In this document: positions 1-10,241 of the stretch, piece after piece
How the letters are laid out: each line of letters opens with the position of its first letter
Numbering within the stretch: the stretch's first letter is position 1
Assembly: GCA_965223545.1 (NCBI GenBank)
Contig: OZ245006.1
Span: 4,352,001-4,416,000 of the forward strand
From: Planctomycetota bacterium
GTDB lineage: Bacteria > Planctomycetota > UBA1135 > UBA2386
Direction of reading: 5' to 3'
Length of the DNA stretch: 64,000 nucleotides
Notes under the pieces: generated by a model
What the model saw: only the letters and a program-made list of their open reading frames with translations
Told to the model about the DNA's origin: nothing
Database searches by the model: none
Position numbers and translations under genes: made by a program

Positions 1-204
1 GCCATCGGATTCGTTGGCGCGCTCGGCGGTCTCGAGCAGGAGCTGCGCCAAGAACCGGAGCGCCGAAGGCGTGCCCTCGATGCAGGCGTACGAGCGCTGC
101 TGGGCTTCGATGCTTCGATCGACGCGCACCATCGCGGTGGCGGTGCGGAAGCGCAGGCTCGAGGGCGGCAGCTCTTTGAGAAGTGCGTTGGCGGACGTGG
201 ACAT
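1..204 (-). CDS. Partial hypothetical protein (runs off left edge); weak resemblance to Imm32-type immunity proteins
   Basis: Manual translation from ATG at 204: MSTSANALLKELPPSSLRFRTATAMVRVDRSIEAQQRSYACIEGTPSALRFLAQLLLETAERANESDG, open to position 1. The IEGTPSALRFLAQLL segment recalls Imm32, from memory only. Confidence 0.45.
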   Translation of the reverse strand, partial: MSTSANALLKELPPSSLRFRTATAMVRVDRSIEAQQRSYACIEGTPSALRFLAQLLLETAERANESDG

Positions 205-307
205 GGGGGCACCGTGGCGAGGGAAATGCGAGGTCCCGGGAACGGACAGATACTAGGATGAGTCGCCTTGCATCGTCGCCCGCGATCGCGGCGACCGCCG
301 CGACCTC

Positions 308-3067
308 GTGCACATCAAGAAGGGCCAACGCTGGCACAGTCTCACCGAGCCGGAGCTGGGTCTCGGCTTGGTGCTTGCCGCCGACCACCGCGAGGCCGTA
401 GTGCGATACCCGGCGCGCGACGTCGAGCGGCGCTACGCGATCCCGGATGCGCCGCTGGCCCGCGCGCGGCTCAGCGTCGGCCAGCGCGTGCGGCGCGACG
501 GCGGCGAGGGCTTCGTGATCGAAACGGTGGTCGAGGAGGGCGACCTGCTCTACTACGAGGGCGAGGGCCAGCGGCTGGCGGAGACCGACATCGACGCGGC
601 GTTGGACGTGGCCACGCCCGAGAACCGGCTGCGCACCGGCCAGCTGGACGAACCGGCGCTGTTCGATCTGCGCGGCGCCGCGCTCGCGCTGCGGCACGCG
701 ATGCTGAGCTCGCCCGCGCGCGGCTTCATCGGCGGCCGCATCCAGCTCTTCGAGCACCAGCTCTCGATCGCCCGCGATGTCTGTGACCGCCACCGCGTGC
801 GGGTTCTGCTCGCCGACGAGGTCGGCCTGGGCAAGACCATCGAGGCCCTGCTGATCCTGCACCGGATGCTGCTCACCGGGCGCGTCGAGCGGGCTCTGGT
901 ACTGGTGCCGCCGGCCCTCGTGCACCAGTGGCTGGCCGAGGCGTACCTGCGCTTCAACCTGATCCTGCGCGTCGTCGGGCGCGATACCTGGGCCGACACC
1001 GCGCCCGAGGCCGGCGCGACCGGCGAGGGACTCGACGTCTTGGCGACCGGCCAGCTGTTCGTGTGCCCTCTGGCCGGCGACATCGACGCGGCGCTGCGCG
1101 CGTCGGAATGGGATCTGGTGATCGTCGACGAGGCCCACCACCTCGAGCTCGACAGCGCCGAGTTCAGCCTGGTCGCCGAGCTCGCCGCGCGCGTCGATCA
1201 CTTGGTGATGCTGAGCGCGACCCCCGATCGCGACGGCGAAGAGGCCCACTTTCGGCGCTTGGCGTTGTTGGACCCGGTGCGCTTTACCGACCTCGAGCGG
1301 CAGCGGGCGGAGACGCGGGACTTCAGCGCGCTGGCGGACACCGCCGAGCGCTTGGCCGGCGATGCGCCGTTGACCGAAGCCGATCACGAGCTCCTGCGCG
1401 CGCGGTTGACCGGCGCCGATCGCGCGCCGCTGCTCGCGTCGGCGGCGACCGACGCGGCCGCGCGGCGCACGCTGCTCCGCCGTTTGCTCGACCTGCACGG
1501 TTTGGGGCGGGTCATGTTTCGCAACGTGCGCGCGCGCATTCCGGGCTTTCCGCAGCGAACCGTGCAGCCTGCGGTCCTGGAGGGGGATGTCGCGCGGATG
1601 CGGCGCGAGTTCTCGGCCGATCGCGGCTACGACACGCGCTACCGGTTGACCAAGATCGAGGCCGACCCCCGCGCGCGCTGGCTGCTGTCCTTCGTCGACG
1701 CGCATCCCGGCGAGAAGGTGCTGGTGCTGTGCACCGGCGTCGCCAAGGTGGAGGCCTTTGCCGGGGCGCTCGAGTCTCGCCAGCGGCCGATTGCCCGCTT
1801 CCACGAGAAGATGAGCGGCATCGAGCGCGATCGGCAGGCGGCGTGGTTCCTGGCCAATGACGGGCCGGTGCTGTTGATCAGTTCGGCGATTGGCGCCGAG
1901 GGCCGCAACTTCCAGGTCGCGCGGCACCTCGTGTTCCTGGATCTGCCCGAGCCCGCCGACCGCCTGGAGCAGTGGATTGGGCGCATCGATCGCATCGGCC
2001 AGGGCGACGAAGTGCGCCTCCACCCTCTGGTCGTGCGCGGCTCACCGCAGCACCGGTTGTGTCGGTGGCACGACGAGGCACTGTCGGTCTTCACACGACC
2101 TTGGCACGGTTCGCCGACCATCGACCGCGAGTTCGGCGACGACCTCACCGCGGCGTTGCTGGCCGACGACGACGCAGCCATCGACGCCTTGATCGAACGG
2201 GGGGCGGCGCGCAATCGCCAGATCCTGGCCGAGCTCGAAGCCGGCCGCGACCGGCTGTTGGAGCTGACTTCGTTCGACGCGGACGCGGCGCGGGCGCTGG
2301 CCGCGGCGATCGATCACGCCGAGGACAGCCGCCAGCTGCAGGAGTTCATGCTGGGGGCGTTCGAGGCCGGCGGCCTCGACCTCGAGCGCATCGGTCCGCG
2401 CAGCTACGCCGCGCGCGCCGGCGATGACTACCTGCGACCGTTCCCCGGCTTCATCGGCCAGGAGATGGCGTTCACCTTCGACCGCGCGGTCGGGCTGGAG
2501 CACCCCGAGCGCGTGCTCCTGACTTGGGATCACCCCATGGTGCGCGACACGGTCGACGAGATCCTCAGCCGCGAATCGGGCAATGCCAGCACGGGCGCGA
2601 TCGCCGGCGAGGCGCAGGGACTGTGGCTGGAGGCCCTGTTCGTGGTCGAGCCCACCGCCGCCCGCGAGCTGCGCGCCGACCGCTTCCTGCCACCGACTCC
2701 GGTGCGCGCCGCCGCCGACGCCACCGGTGCGCCTGTTGACCCGATCGCCGCCGGCACCACGCTGCGACCGATCGCGGCGGAGCTGCTCGAGAACGACGCC
2801 ATCCAGGAGCGCATCGCCGACATGGTGGCGGCCGCCCGCGCCCGCGCCGAGGCCGAGGTGCCGGCGATCACGCGCGAGGCGGTGGCGCGCATGCGCGCCG
2901 AGCTCGATCCGGTCGTCGCGCGCCTCGAGCAGCTGGCAGCGCACGAGTCGGAGGTCGCCCGCACCGAGCTGGCCGCCGCCCAGGCCGAGCGCGAGACCCT
3001 GACGGCGGCGCTGGCGACGGCACGCGTGCGGCTCGACGCGCTGCGGCTGGTGGTGTGCAGTGGCTGA
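308..3067 (+). CDS. rapA: RNA polymerase-associated SNF2-family ATPase RapA/HepA
   Basis: N-terminal GQRWHSLTEPELGLG, Walker A LLADEVGLGKT, DEAHH, SAT, GAEGRNFQ, EQWIGRIDRIGQ, and RapA-like C-terminus (LTWDHPMV, RFLPPTP, RLDALRLVV); 919 aa. Confidence 0.92.
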   Translation: MHIKKGQRWHSLTEPELGLGLVLAADHREAVVRYPARDVERRYAIPDAPLARARLSVGQRVRRDGGEGFVIETVVEEGDLLYYEGEGQRLAETDIDAALDVATPENRLRTGQLDEPALFDLRGAALALRHAMLSSPARGFIGGRIQLFEHQLSIARDVCDRHRVRVLLADEVGLGKTIEALLILHRMLLTGRVERALVLVPPALVHQWLAEAYLRFNLILRVVGRDTWADTAPEAGATGEGLDVLATGQLFVCPLAGDIDAALRASEWDLVIVDEAHHLELDSAEFSLVAELAARVDHLVMLSATPDRDGEEAHFRRLALLDPVRFTDLERQRAETRDFSALADTAERLAGDAPLTEADHELLRARLTGADRAPLLASAATDAAARRTLLRRLLDLHGLGRVMFRNVRARIPGFPQRTVQPAVLEGDVARMRREFSADRGYDTRYRLTKIEADPRARWLLSFVDAHPGEKVLVLCTGVAKVEAFAGALESRQRPIARFHEKMSGIERDRQAAWFLANDGPVLLISSAIGAEGRNFQVARHLVFLDLPEPADRLEQWIGRIDRIGQGDEVRLHPLVVRGSPQHRLCRWHDEALSVFTRPWHGSPTIDREFGDDLTAALLADDDAAIDALIERGAARNRQILAELEAGRDRLLELTSFDADAARALAAAIDHAEDSRQLQEFMLGAFEAGGLDLERIGPRSYAARAGDDYLRPFPGFIGQEMAFTFDRAVGLEHPERVLLTWDHPMVRDTVDEILSRESGNASTGAIAGEAQGLWLEALFVVEPTAARELRADRFLPPTPVRAAADATGAPVDPIAAGTTLRPIAAELLENDAIQERIADMVAAARARAEAEVPAITREAVARMRAELDPVVARLEQLAAHESEVARTELAAAQAERETLTAALATARVRLDALRLVVCSG

Positions 3068-3070
3068 TCG

Positions 3071-3871
3071 GTGAGTGGTTCTCCAATGAGCCGCGGGAGG
3101 TTCCCGAAGTGTGCCGGTTCTCCGCTCGTCTATATCGGTAGCGGAGTGGTTGTCGCGGCCTGCGGTCTAGTCGCGCTCGTGCTGTTCGGGGTTGGAGACA
3201 GCGAAGGACTGGTGGACTGGGAGGCAGCGGTTGCTGCGGTGCCGCAAGAGACGGCGCTGCGCACCCAGCCAGGCGGCCATGTCTATGCCGAGCGGGTGCC
3301 GGTGCATGCGCGGAGCGCGAGGGCTTCGCCGGAGTCGGATCCGGCCACTGCAGACAGCACCTTCCCTTTCAAGATAGACCTCATGGGAAGAGTTGCGGGT
3401 CCTGAGGACTATCCGCGGTTCCACGTGTTCCAACACGGGAAGCATCCGAACGATCCGGGAATGGAACGTTCTGTCCGGCTGGGAGAGGTCACCCTGCTCC
3501 CGAGGGGAGACTACGTCGTTGTGTGCCGAAACCGGCGCGTTGCTACCGCGCTCGGCTGGGAGTCGCCGTCGCGGAAGGTGGTCGTCGACGGGCCAACCGA
3601 GTTGACGCTGCGTTCTTCCGAAGGAATGACGTATCTGGCGATCAGGGTAAAGGCTGGCTCGGGGGTGTATGAGGGGCCAGCGAGCTTCCGTTTCACGGAC
3701 GGTGTTGAACGCTGGAGGGTCGAGCACAAGGGTCTTCGAGAAGGCCACTTCGGCGCATGGCTCGCAAGGGATAGCCGGACGACCATAGTTGTTGAGATTC
3801 CGGGCCTTGGCCGCGCCGAAACAGCAGTTGAGCCAAGTAGGGTGCGTGCCGTCGAGGTCGTCGTGGAGTGA
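3071..3871 (+). CDS. Hypothetical membrane-anchored protein
   Basis: 266-aa ORF starting 3 nt after the rapA stop; N-terminal hydrophobic segment (VYIGSGVVVAACGLVALVLFGVG); visibly lower GC than the flanks. Confidence 0.55.
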   Translation: MSGSPMSRGRFPKCAGSPLVYIGSGVVVAACGLVALVLFGVGDSEGLVDWEAAVAAVPQETALRTQPGGHVYAERVPVHARSARASPESDPATADSTFPFKIDLMGRVAGPEDYPRFHVFQHGKHPNDPGMERSVRLGEVTLLPRGDYVVVCRNRRVATALGWESPSRKVVVDGPTELTLRSSEGMTYLAIRVKAGSGVYEGPASFRFTDGVERWRVEHKGLREGHFGAWLARDSRTTIVVEIPGLGRAETAVEPSRVRAVEVVVE

Positions 3872-3886
3872 CCTGGCACGGGTGCG

Positions 3887-4717
3887 TCACCGCGTCGCTT
3901 CGAGGTGCACGATGTCGCGGCGCCGGTAGGAGCCCGCCTCGCCTCTGCGCGTCGAGATCTCGAGCACCAACGAACCCGGTGGTAGCACGCCGATGGCGAT
4001 CCTCAGCGGCGTGTCGGTGATCACCTGGGCGACCATCCCATCGGGCGCGATCTCGGTCACCCACGCGCGGATGCGGCCGTCGGGGTCGGCAGCCGTGACC
4101 CGATCCACGCGCAGGGTCCAGCCCGGAGTCGGCATCGGCACCGTGGTGTTGACGGCGAACTGCAGCGGGTGCGACTCCATCACTTCGATCGAGAGCGGTC
4201 CGACCCAATTGGCGGCGGCGCGCAGCGCAGTCGCCGCCTCGTCCGCGGCGGGAGCGCGCGGTTCTGGTGCTGTCGCGCCGGCCAAGAGAACGGTGAGCGG
4301 AACCTCCCACAGGACCCAGGCGTCCGTCAGGGTGTTGCCGGGCACTGCACCCTGCGTCAAGACGCGGCTGTGGAACGCGCGGCGCAGAGGCACTTTGGCG
4401 CGGTCCACCGCGTCGGCCACCGCCACGAGCTCCCGGCTGTCGGCCGGCACGGCCAAGCGGTCGGCAAGCAGCCGTACCAGCTGGTGTCTGGAGGGTTGTG
4501 CCGCTTGGGTCTGTGCGATCGGGGCACCGTTGGAGCGGCCGGTGGTGCAAAAACGCAAGAAGCCGGCGCGCTGCGGTGGATCGGCGCACCAGGCCGGCGC
4601 GTCGGCGACGGTCTCCCAGGGTGGCGGTTCCTGTGCACCGAGGTCGGCGGGCGGTTGCATCATCAAGGAGGCGGCGATGAGGAGGGTTGGCGTGGGGCCG
4701 GCGGACGAGATCGTCAT
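3887..4717 (-). CDS. Secreted hypothetical protein with possible PrcB C-terminal-like domain
   Basis: Signal-like N-terminus; C-terminal MPTPGWTLRVDRV...PDGMVAQVITDTP resembles the PTxGY...QxITxP pattern of PrcB_C domains. Confidence 0.55.
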   Translation of the reverse strand: MTISSAGPTPTLLIAASLMMQPPADLGAQEPPPWETVADAPAWCADPPQRAGFLRFCTTGRSNGAPIAQTQAAQPSRHQLVRLLADRLAVPADSRELVAVADAVDRAKVPLRRAFHSRVLTQGAVPGNTLTDAWVLWEVPLTVLLAGATAPEPRAPAADEAATALRAAANWVGPLSIEVMESHPLQFAVNTTVPMPTPGWTLRVDRVTAADPDGRIRAWVTEIAPDGMVAQVITDTPLRIAIGVLPPGSLVLEISTRRGEAGSYRRRDIVHLEATR

Positions 4718-4785
4718 CGAAGGGGGAACGAAAGGTGAGGGGCCGGGTTCCGGATTGGTGCGGCTGCGGCGCTACGATGCGGCCA

Positions 4786-6504
4786 ATGTTGCAGACCCTC
4801 AGCGTGCGGGACCTGGCGTTGGTGCGCGAGGCGGAAATCGAGCTCGGCGAGGGGCTCAACGTCATTTCCGGTGAGACCGGTGGTGGCAAGTCGCTGGTGA
4901 TCACCGCGCTCAAGCTGCTGCGCGGCGGCAAGGCGGCGCCGGGTCTGGTCCGCCATGGTGCCGACACGCTGCGCGTCGATGCCGAGTTCGCGCTCGGCAC
5001 CGGCGAGCGTTCGCTGGCCGTCGGGCGGCTTCTCGACGAGGAGTGCGGGTTGCCCGTCTCGCTCGACGACGACGGCATGCTGTTGGTGACCCGGATCGTC
5101 GACGCGCGGGGCCGCAGCAAGGTGCGCGTCAACGACCGGCCGACGACCCTCGCCACGCTGCGCACTCTGGGGGCGTGGCTGCTCGAGATCCACGGGCAAG
5201 GCGATGCGCGCGCGCTGATGCGCCCCGAGATCCAGGCCGAGACCCTGGACGCCTTTCTGGGGACCGGGGCATTGCGGCAGCGCTTTGCTCGAGCGCTGCG
5301 TGAAGCCCGGCGCTTGCGCGCGCAGTTGGCCGAGGCGACCAGCGGCCAGCGCGACCGTCTCGCCCGGGTCGAGTACCTGCGCTATCAGCTGGCCGAACTC
5401 GACGAGCTTGCGCTGCAACCGGGCGAGCTCGCCGCGATCGAGCAGGAGCAGCGAGTGCTGGGCAACCTCGACCATCTGCGGTCGCTGTTGGAGGGTGCTC
5501 TCGGCGCCCTGGACGAGGCCGAACCCAGCGCCGGCGATCAGTTGGCGAGCGCGCGGCGAGCCGTCGACGAAGCCGCGTCGATCGACGCGGATCTGAATGT
5601 CGCGGTCGAGGCGCTGGCCGACGCCGAGGTGCAAATCGCCGAGGCGGTGCGCGCGGTGCAATCGCGGATGGGCCGGCTCGAGTTGGATCCCGGTCGGCTG
5701 GCGGAGGTCGAAGAGCGGCTGGCCGCGTTGCGGCGGGGGCTGCAGCGCTTCGGCCCGACCGAGGCCGACTTGCTCGACAACGCGGAGCGCGCGCGCGATG
5801 AGCTCGGCGAGCTCGAGCGCGGCGAGCTCGCGCCCGAGGAGATGGCGGCGGAGGTGGCGCGTGCGACCGACAGCGCGGTGCGCCTCGCGCGCCAGCTGGT
5901 GCGCGCTCGAGCCAAAGGCGCGCCGCGGCTGGCCCGCGCCGTGGAAGCCGAGCTCGCCGATCTGGCGATGCCGAAGACCGAGTTCCGCGTCGCGATGTCG
6001 ACCGACGTCGATGCGGACGCACTGCTCGACCAGGCGACCGCGCACGGGCCGGGGCCGATCGATTTCGAGGTGCGGCTCAATCCCGGCGAGCCGTTTCACT
6101 CGATGCAGAAGACCGCCTCCGGCGGCGAGATGGCGCGCATCGTGCTGGCGATGAAGAAGTGCCTCGCCGATCAGGATCGGGTGCCGTTCTTGGTCTTCGA
6201 CGAGATCGACGCCGAGATCGGCGGCCGGCTGGGGCTGGCCGTCGGCGGCAAACTGCGCGACGTGGCGCGCCACCACCAGGTGCTGATCGTCACCCATCTG
6301 CCGCAGGTCGCCGCGTTCGCGCAGCGCCACTTTGCGGTGACCAAGATCGAGCGCGCCGGCCGCACGCTGTCGCAGATTCAGCCGCTCGACGGCGATGGGG
6401 TGGAGCGCGAGCTGGCGGCGATGGCGGTCGGCGAGGGTGCCGATGCCGCTGCCATCGCCGAGGCCCGGCGCTTGGTCGCGCGGACGCAAGAGGGCGGGGC
6501 GTAG
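4786..6504 (+). CDS. recN: DNA repair protein RecN
   Basis: MLQTLSVRDLALV start, Walker A GETGGGKS, EIHGQ, coiled coil, signature ASGGEMARIVLA, Walker B LVFDEID, VTHLPQVAA. Confidence 0.95.
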   Translation: MLQTLSVRDLALVREAEIELGEGLNVISGETGGGKSLVITALKLLRGGKAAPGLVRHGADTLRVDAEFALGTGERSLAVGRLLDEECGLPVSLDDDGMLLVTRIVDARGRSKVRVNDRPTTLATLRTLGAWLLEIHGQGDARALMRPEIQAETLDAFLGTGALRQRFARALREARRLRAQLAEATSGQRDRLARVEYLRYQLAELDELALQPGELAAIEQEQRVLGNLDHLRSLLEGALGALDEAEPSAGDQLASARRAVDEAASIDADLNVAVEALADAEVQIAEAVRAVQSRMGRLELDPGRLAEVEERLAALRRGLQRFGPTEADLLDNAERARDELGELERGELAPEEMAAEVARATDSAVRLARQLVRARAKGAPRLARAVEAELADLAMPKTEFRVAMSTDVDADALLDQATAHGPGPIDFEVRLNPGEPFHSMQKTASGGEMARIVLAMKKCLADQDRVPFLVFDEIDAEIGGRLGLAVGGKLRDVARHHQVLIVTHLPQVAAFAQRHFAVTKIERAGRTLSQIQPLDGDGVERELAAMAVGEGADAAAIAEARRLVARTQEGGA

Positions 6505-6600
6505 GGCTGGAAGGTCGGCGGCACGCCGGCGCAGTTCTGCACACGCCTGGCACGTTGTTTTGTCGATCGCTACAACGTGACTCTGACTCCGCCGAACACC

Positions 6601-7551
6601 ATGCGCGACCTCGCCCCCTGTCTCTTCGTGCGCAAGACCGTGCCGAAGGTGTGGGGCGGAGGAGGGTTGGCCGAGGAGTTCGGTTTCACCGCGCAGGCAG
6701 ACCTGCCGATCGGCGAGACCTGGGAAGTCTACGACCGGCCGGACGGGTCCAGCCCGGTGCGCGGCTCGTCTTCGACTCTGGCAGACCTCGTCGCCGAGCA
6801 CGGCGCGGCGTTGCTCGGCGACGGCGTCGCGCCGGCCTGGGGTGGGCGGTTTCCGCTGGCGGTCAAGTTCGTCGATGCCGGCCAGGCGCTGTCGGTGCAG
6901 GTCCATCCGGACGATCCCATGGCGGCGGCCGAGGGCGACTCGGGCAAGGCCGAAGCGTGGGTCGTGCTGCGGGTCGCGCCAGGTGGGACGATCCGTTGTG
7001 GCGTGCGCGCGCCGGTGACCGCGGCCGCGTTCCGCGCGGCCGTCGACAACGGCGAGGTCGTGGCCTTGTTGGACGAGTTCACGCCGGCAGTGGGTGACGT
7101 CGTGCACGTCCCGGCCGGCACCGTGCACGCGATCGGTCCGGGGGTCCTCGTCTACGAGGTTCAGCAGAACTCGGACATCACCTACCGACTGTTCGACTAC
7201 GGCCGTGACCGGCCGCTGCACGTGGAGCGCGGGCTGCGCGCCGCGCGCTTGGCGCCGGGCGCGCACCGGCGCAGCGGGTTGGCCACCGAAGGACGCGCGC
7301 TGTTGGTCGACGATCCCGCGTTTGCCCTTTGGCGAATGCCGGTCCGCGGGGCGACGCCGTTCGACAGCGGCGGGGTCTGCGCGCTGATGACCGCGATTCG
7401 GGGCGGCGGCCGAGTGCGTTGGGGCGGAAGTGCTGCGCACGACCTGAGCTTCGCCGCGGGCGACACGGTCTTGGTGCCGGCCGGCCTTGGTACAATCGAG
7501 GTCGATGCCGCCGCCGACCTTCTCGTCGCCCAGCCGCGGCGCGGAAAGTAG
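6601..7551 (+). CDS. manA: Class I mannose-6-phosphate isomerase
   Basis: KVWGG, IGETWE, FPLAVKFVDA, LSVQVHPDD, GKAEAW, VPAGTVHAIG, EVQQNSDITYRLFDYGR. Start may instead be GTG 6577. Confidence 0.88.
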   Translation: MRDLAPCLFVRKTVPKVWGGGGLAEEFGFTAQADLPIGETWEVYDRPDGSSPVRGSSSTLADLVAEHGAALLGDGVAPAWGGRFPLAVKFVDAGQALSVQVHPDDPMAAAEGDSGKAEAWVVLRVAPGGTIRCGVRAPVTAAAFRAAVDNGEVVALLDEFTPAVGDVVHVPAGTVHAIGPGVLVYEVQQNSDITYRLFDYGRDRPLHVERGLRAARLAPGAHRRSGLATEGRALLVDDPAFALWRMPVRGATPFDSGGVCALMTAIRGGGRVRWGGSAAHDLSFAAGDTVLVPAGLGTIEVDAAADLLVAQPRRGK

Positions 7552-7570
7552 GAGCCGCGCGCCGCAGTCG

Positions 7571-9295
7571 GTGCGGCGGGCCTACGTTTGGAGCGCGGTC
7601 GCCATCGCGCTGGTGCTGGGCACGCTGCTCGCCGAGTTCGGTGGCTACGCCCGCAACACCCTGCGCAATCACCCGGCCTGGGCGTCGGGCAAGCTGCTGC
7701 TGGCGGACGCGGTGATGGGCGCCGGTCAGGCGTTCGAGACGCGCAACCTCCTGCACGGCAACCGTCTCAATCTCGGCGAGTGGCACGGTTTCAATCAGAT
7801 CCTGCTCAACCGAGTGTTTGCCCTCGGCGAACTCGAGGCCGACGTCCGGCTGGCCCAGGGGGCGTACGTGCACCTCTTGGTCGGCGGCACGGCCGAGGGT
7901 GCGCGCGCGCTGCGGCTGAGCCGGTCGGGCAAGCGCCCTCCGGCGATCATGCACCTCACCGTCCGCGGTGAATTGCGCGATGTGCGCCCGGTGTCCGGTG
8001 CGCGCTCCGGCGACGACTGGCATCGGGTCCGCGTGCGCGCGACCGAGGACCGGGTCCTGTTCGAGCTCGACGGCGCGCCGGTGGCCGAGATCGCGGGCGG
8101 GCTGCCGGACCGACAGGTCGTCGGCTTCTGGTCGGGGCTTCACCCGGTGACGGTCGACAACGTGCGCGTCACCGACGCGGCGGGCGCGGTGGTGATCGAC
8201 GAGGGGTTCTCGCTGGAGGCCAACGCCGGCGTCCGCCGGCTGGCTTGCATCGCGGGGGTGCTCCTGCTCGTGGGGGCCTACGTCGGCACCGGGCACTGGC
8301 TCGGCGCCGATCCGCGGCGAAACCTGTTCCGGCTCGTGGGATTCGCCTTCGTCGGGGCGCTGGTGTTGCTCTCCCTGTTCGCCTTCGATCGCTACTGGTG
8401 GTCGGCGCGCTATCCGTACGAAGGCCTGATCCCGTGGCGTGCCGAGCACGACGCGCGGGGTGGGCTCGAGAGCTTCCGGCGCGGTGTGTTCGCTCCGTTC
8501 TCGGTGTTCGATGCAGCCGACGCGGTCGGCCCCGAGGCGCGGGTTGCGCACCGGCGGTTCGCCGACCTGCGCTCCTTCTTGGGGTTGCGGTCTCGCGAGA
8601 GCGCCGCGGAAGTGCAGACCTTGACCTGGGACCCGGCTGCGCCTCCGGCGACTGCGGTCGGGGTCGCGAACCCGACCCTGGAGGAGTTTTCCAGCGTCGT
8701 CGCCGCCCGCGACGCGAGTGGCAGCTACGACGTCGCCTGGCTCGGCACGTCGCAGACCTGGGGTTCCGGCGCGGCGCACGGACTCGAGCGGCTCGCCAGT
8801 CGCGCGACCGAGCAGCTCTACTACCGAAGCGGTGGGCGGATCCCGATGGGCAGCTTCAACTTCAGCCGTTGCGGCAGCTACATCGATCAGCTCGTGCAAG
8901 AACGCTGGCCGTCGATCGTCGACCTCGGGCCGGACGTGATCGTGCTCAACCTCGGCAACAACGACCATCCCGACACCTTCGAGGCCGACCTGCGCGACCT
9001 CGTGGTCCGCGCCAAGCGCGTCACCGATGCGGTGCTCGTCGTGCTGGAGGCGAAGAACAACGAGCGCGTCTACGGCAATATCCGCCGCAACCACGCAGCG
9101 GCGCGCCGGGTAGCAGGGGAACTCGCGGTTCCGGTCTTCGACCTGCACGCCCATCTGCTCACCGTCCAGCAAGAGGACCGCGGCCTGCTGTTCTGGGATC
9201 CGGTGCACCTGACGAGCTTCGGCCAGAAGCTGGCCGGGGAAGCGCTGGCCGCGGCCATCGTGCGGCACTTCGGTGCTCCGCGGCTCGGCTCCTGA
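7571..9295 (+). CDS. Membrane-anchored SGNH/GDSL hydrolase family protein
   Basis: Several TM segments; SGNH blocks WLGTSQTWG, NLGNND and DPVH near the C-terminus. Start uncertain. Confidence 0.72.
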   Translation: MRRAYVWSAVAIALVLGTLLAEFGGYARNTLRNHPAWASGKLLLADAVMGAGQAFETRNLLHGNRLNLGEWHGFNQILLNRVFALGELEADVRLAQGAYVHLLVGGTAEGARALRLSRSGKRPPAIMHLTVRGELRDVRPVSGARSGDDWHRVRVRATEDRVLFELDGAPVAEIAGGLPDRQVVGFWSGLHPVTVDNVRVTDAAGAVVIDEGFSLEANAGVRRLACIAGVLLLVGAYVGTGHWLGADPRRNLFRLVGFAFVGALVLLSLFAFDRYWWSARYPYEGLIPWRAEHDARGGLESFRRGVFAPFSVFDAADAVGPEARVAHRRFADLRSFLGLRSRESAAEVQTLTWDPAAPPATAVGVANPTLEEFSSVVAARDASGSYDVAWLGTSQTWGSGAAHGLERLASRATEQLYYRSGGRIPMGSFNFSRCGSYIDQLVQERWPSIVDLGPDVIVLNLGNNDHPDTFEADLRDLVVRAKRVTDAVLVVLEAKNNERVYGNIRRNHAAARRVAGELAVPVFDLHAHLLTVQQEDRGLLFWDPVHLTSFGQKLAGEALAAAIVRHFGAPRLGS

Positions 9296-9407
9296 AGCGC
9301 GGCTGGGGCGCGGTCCGGGCGGCCGAGCCTTTGGATGTATCGAGAATGGCATCCCACCGCCGGCGCGGATGCGGTACATGTTGCTCCGCTCCGTGCCCAC
9401 CGCTGCC

Positions 9408-10241
9408 ATGGCTGCCCGCAAGCCCCCCAAATCCACCGGCCGCGGCCCGCGCCGCCGGCCCTCGCCGCGTCGTCTGCTCAAGGTCACCCCGACCGAGAGT
9501 CGGGTCGTCGGCGACGGCAAGATTCGCCTGAACCGCTTTCTGTCCCAGGCGGGGATCTGCAGCCGACGGGCCGCCGACGAGCTGATCGCCCAGGGCCGCG
9601 TCACCGTCAACGGCGGGCAGATCAGAGAGCTCGGGGCACGCGTCGACCCGCTGCACGACCAAGTCTGCTTCGACGGCGAGCGGATCGCGGCCGAGAAGCC
9701 GGTCTACGTGCTGTTCAACAAACCAAAGGACGTGGTCTGCACGAACGCGCGCCACGAGGTGCGGCGGCGGGTGATCGACTTCTTGCCCGACGTCCGCGGT
9801 CGGATCTACACCGTCGGCCGGCTCGACGCGGACTCGCAGGGGCTGATCCTGCTGACCAACGACGGCGAGTTCGCGCAGGCCGTTGCGCATCCGCGGCACG
9901 GCGTGCCGAAGACCTATGCGGTGCTGGTGCGCGGCCGGGTCGAGCGCGGCGCGCTGGACAAGGCGCGCGGCGGCGTCTGGTTGTCCGAGGGCCGGACGGC
10001 GGGTGCGGGCGTGCGGATCGAACGGGTGACGCGAGAGCGGACCTACCTGCGCGTCGTGCTGCGCGAGGGCAAGAACCGCGAGATCCGCCGGGTCTTCGCG
10101 CGCCTCGGCCATCCCGTGGTGTCGCTCAAACGCATCCGCATCGGTGACCTCAATCTGCATGGCATGCGCCCGGGCGGCTACCGCTTTCTGACCGCGGCGG
10201 AAGTGCAGGGGCTGTTGGCGCTCGCGCGGGGCGCATCGTGA
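9408..10241 (+). CDS. rRNA pseudouridine synthase, RsuA/RluB family with S4 domain
   Basis: S4 domain RLNRFLSQAGICSRRAADELI, NKPKDVV, catalytic GRLDADSQGLILLTNDG, EGKNREIRR. Confidence 0.92.
   Translation: MAARKPPKSTGRGPRRRPSPRRLLKVTPTESRVVGDGKIRLNRFLSQAGICSRRAADELIAQGRVTVNGGQIRELGARVDPLHDQVCFDGERIAAEKPVYVLFNKPKDVVCTNARHEVRRRVIDFLPDVRGRIYTVGRLDADSQGLILLTNDGEFAQAVAHPRHGVPKTYAVLVRGRVERGALDKARGGVWLSEGRTAGAGVRIERVTRERTYLRVVLREGKNREIRRVFARLGHPVVSLKRIRIGDLNLHGMRPGGYRFLTAAEVQGLLALARGAS

Noticed and set aside
6547..6564. TGGCACG sigma54-like site upstream of manA
   Set aside because: No GC or GT at the required N10 spacing.
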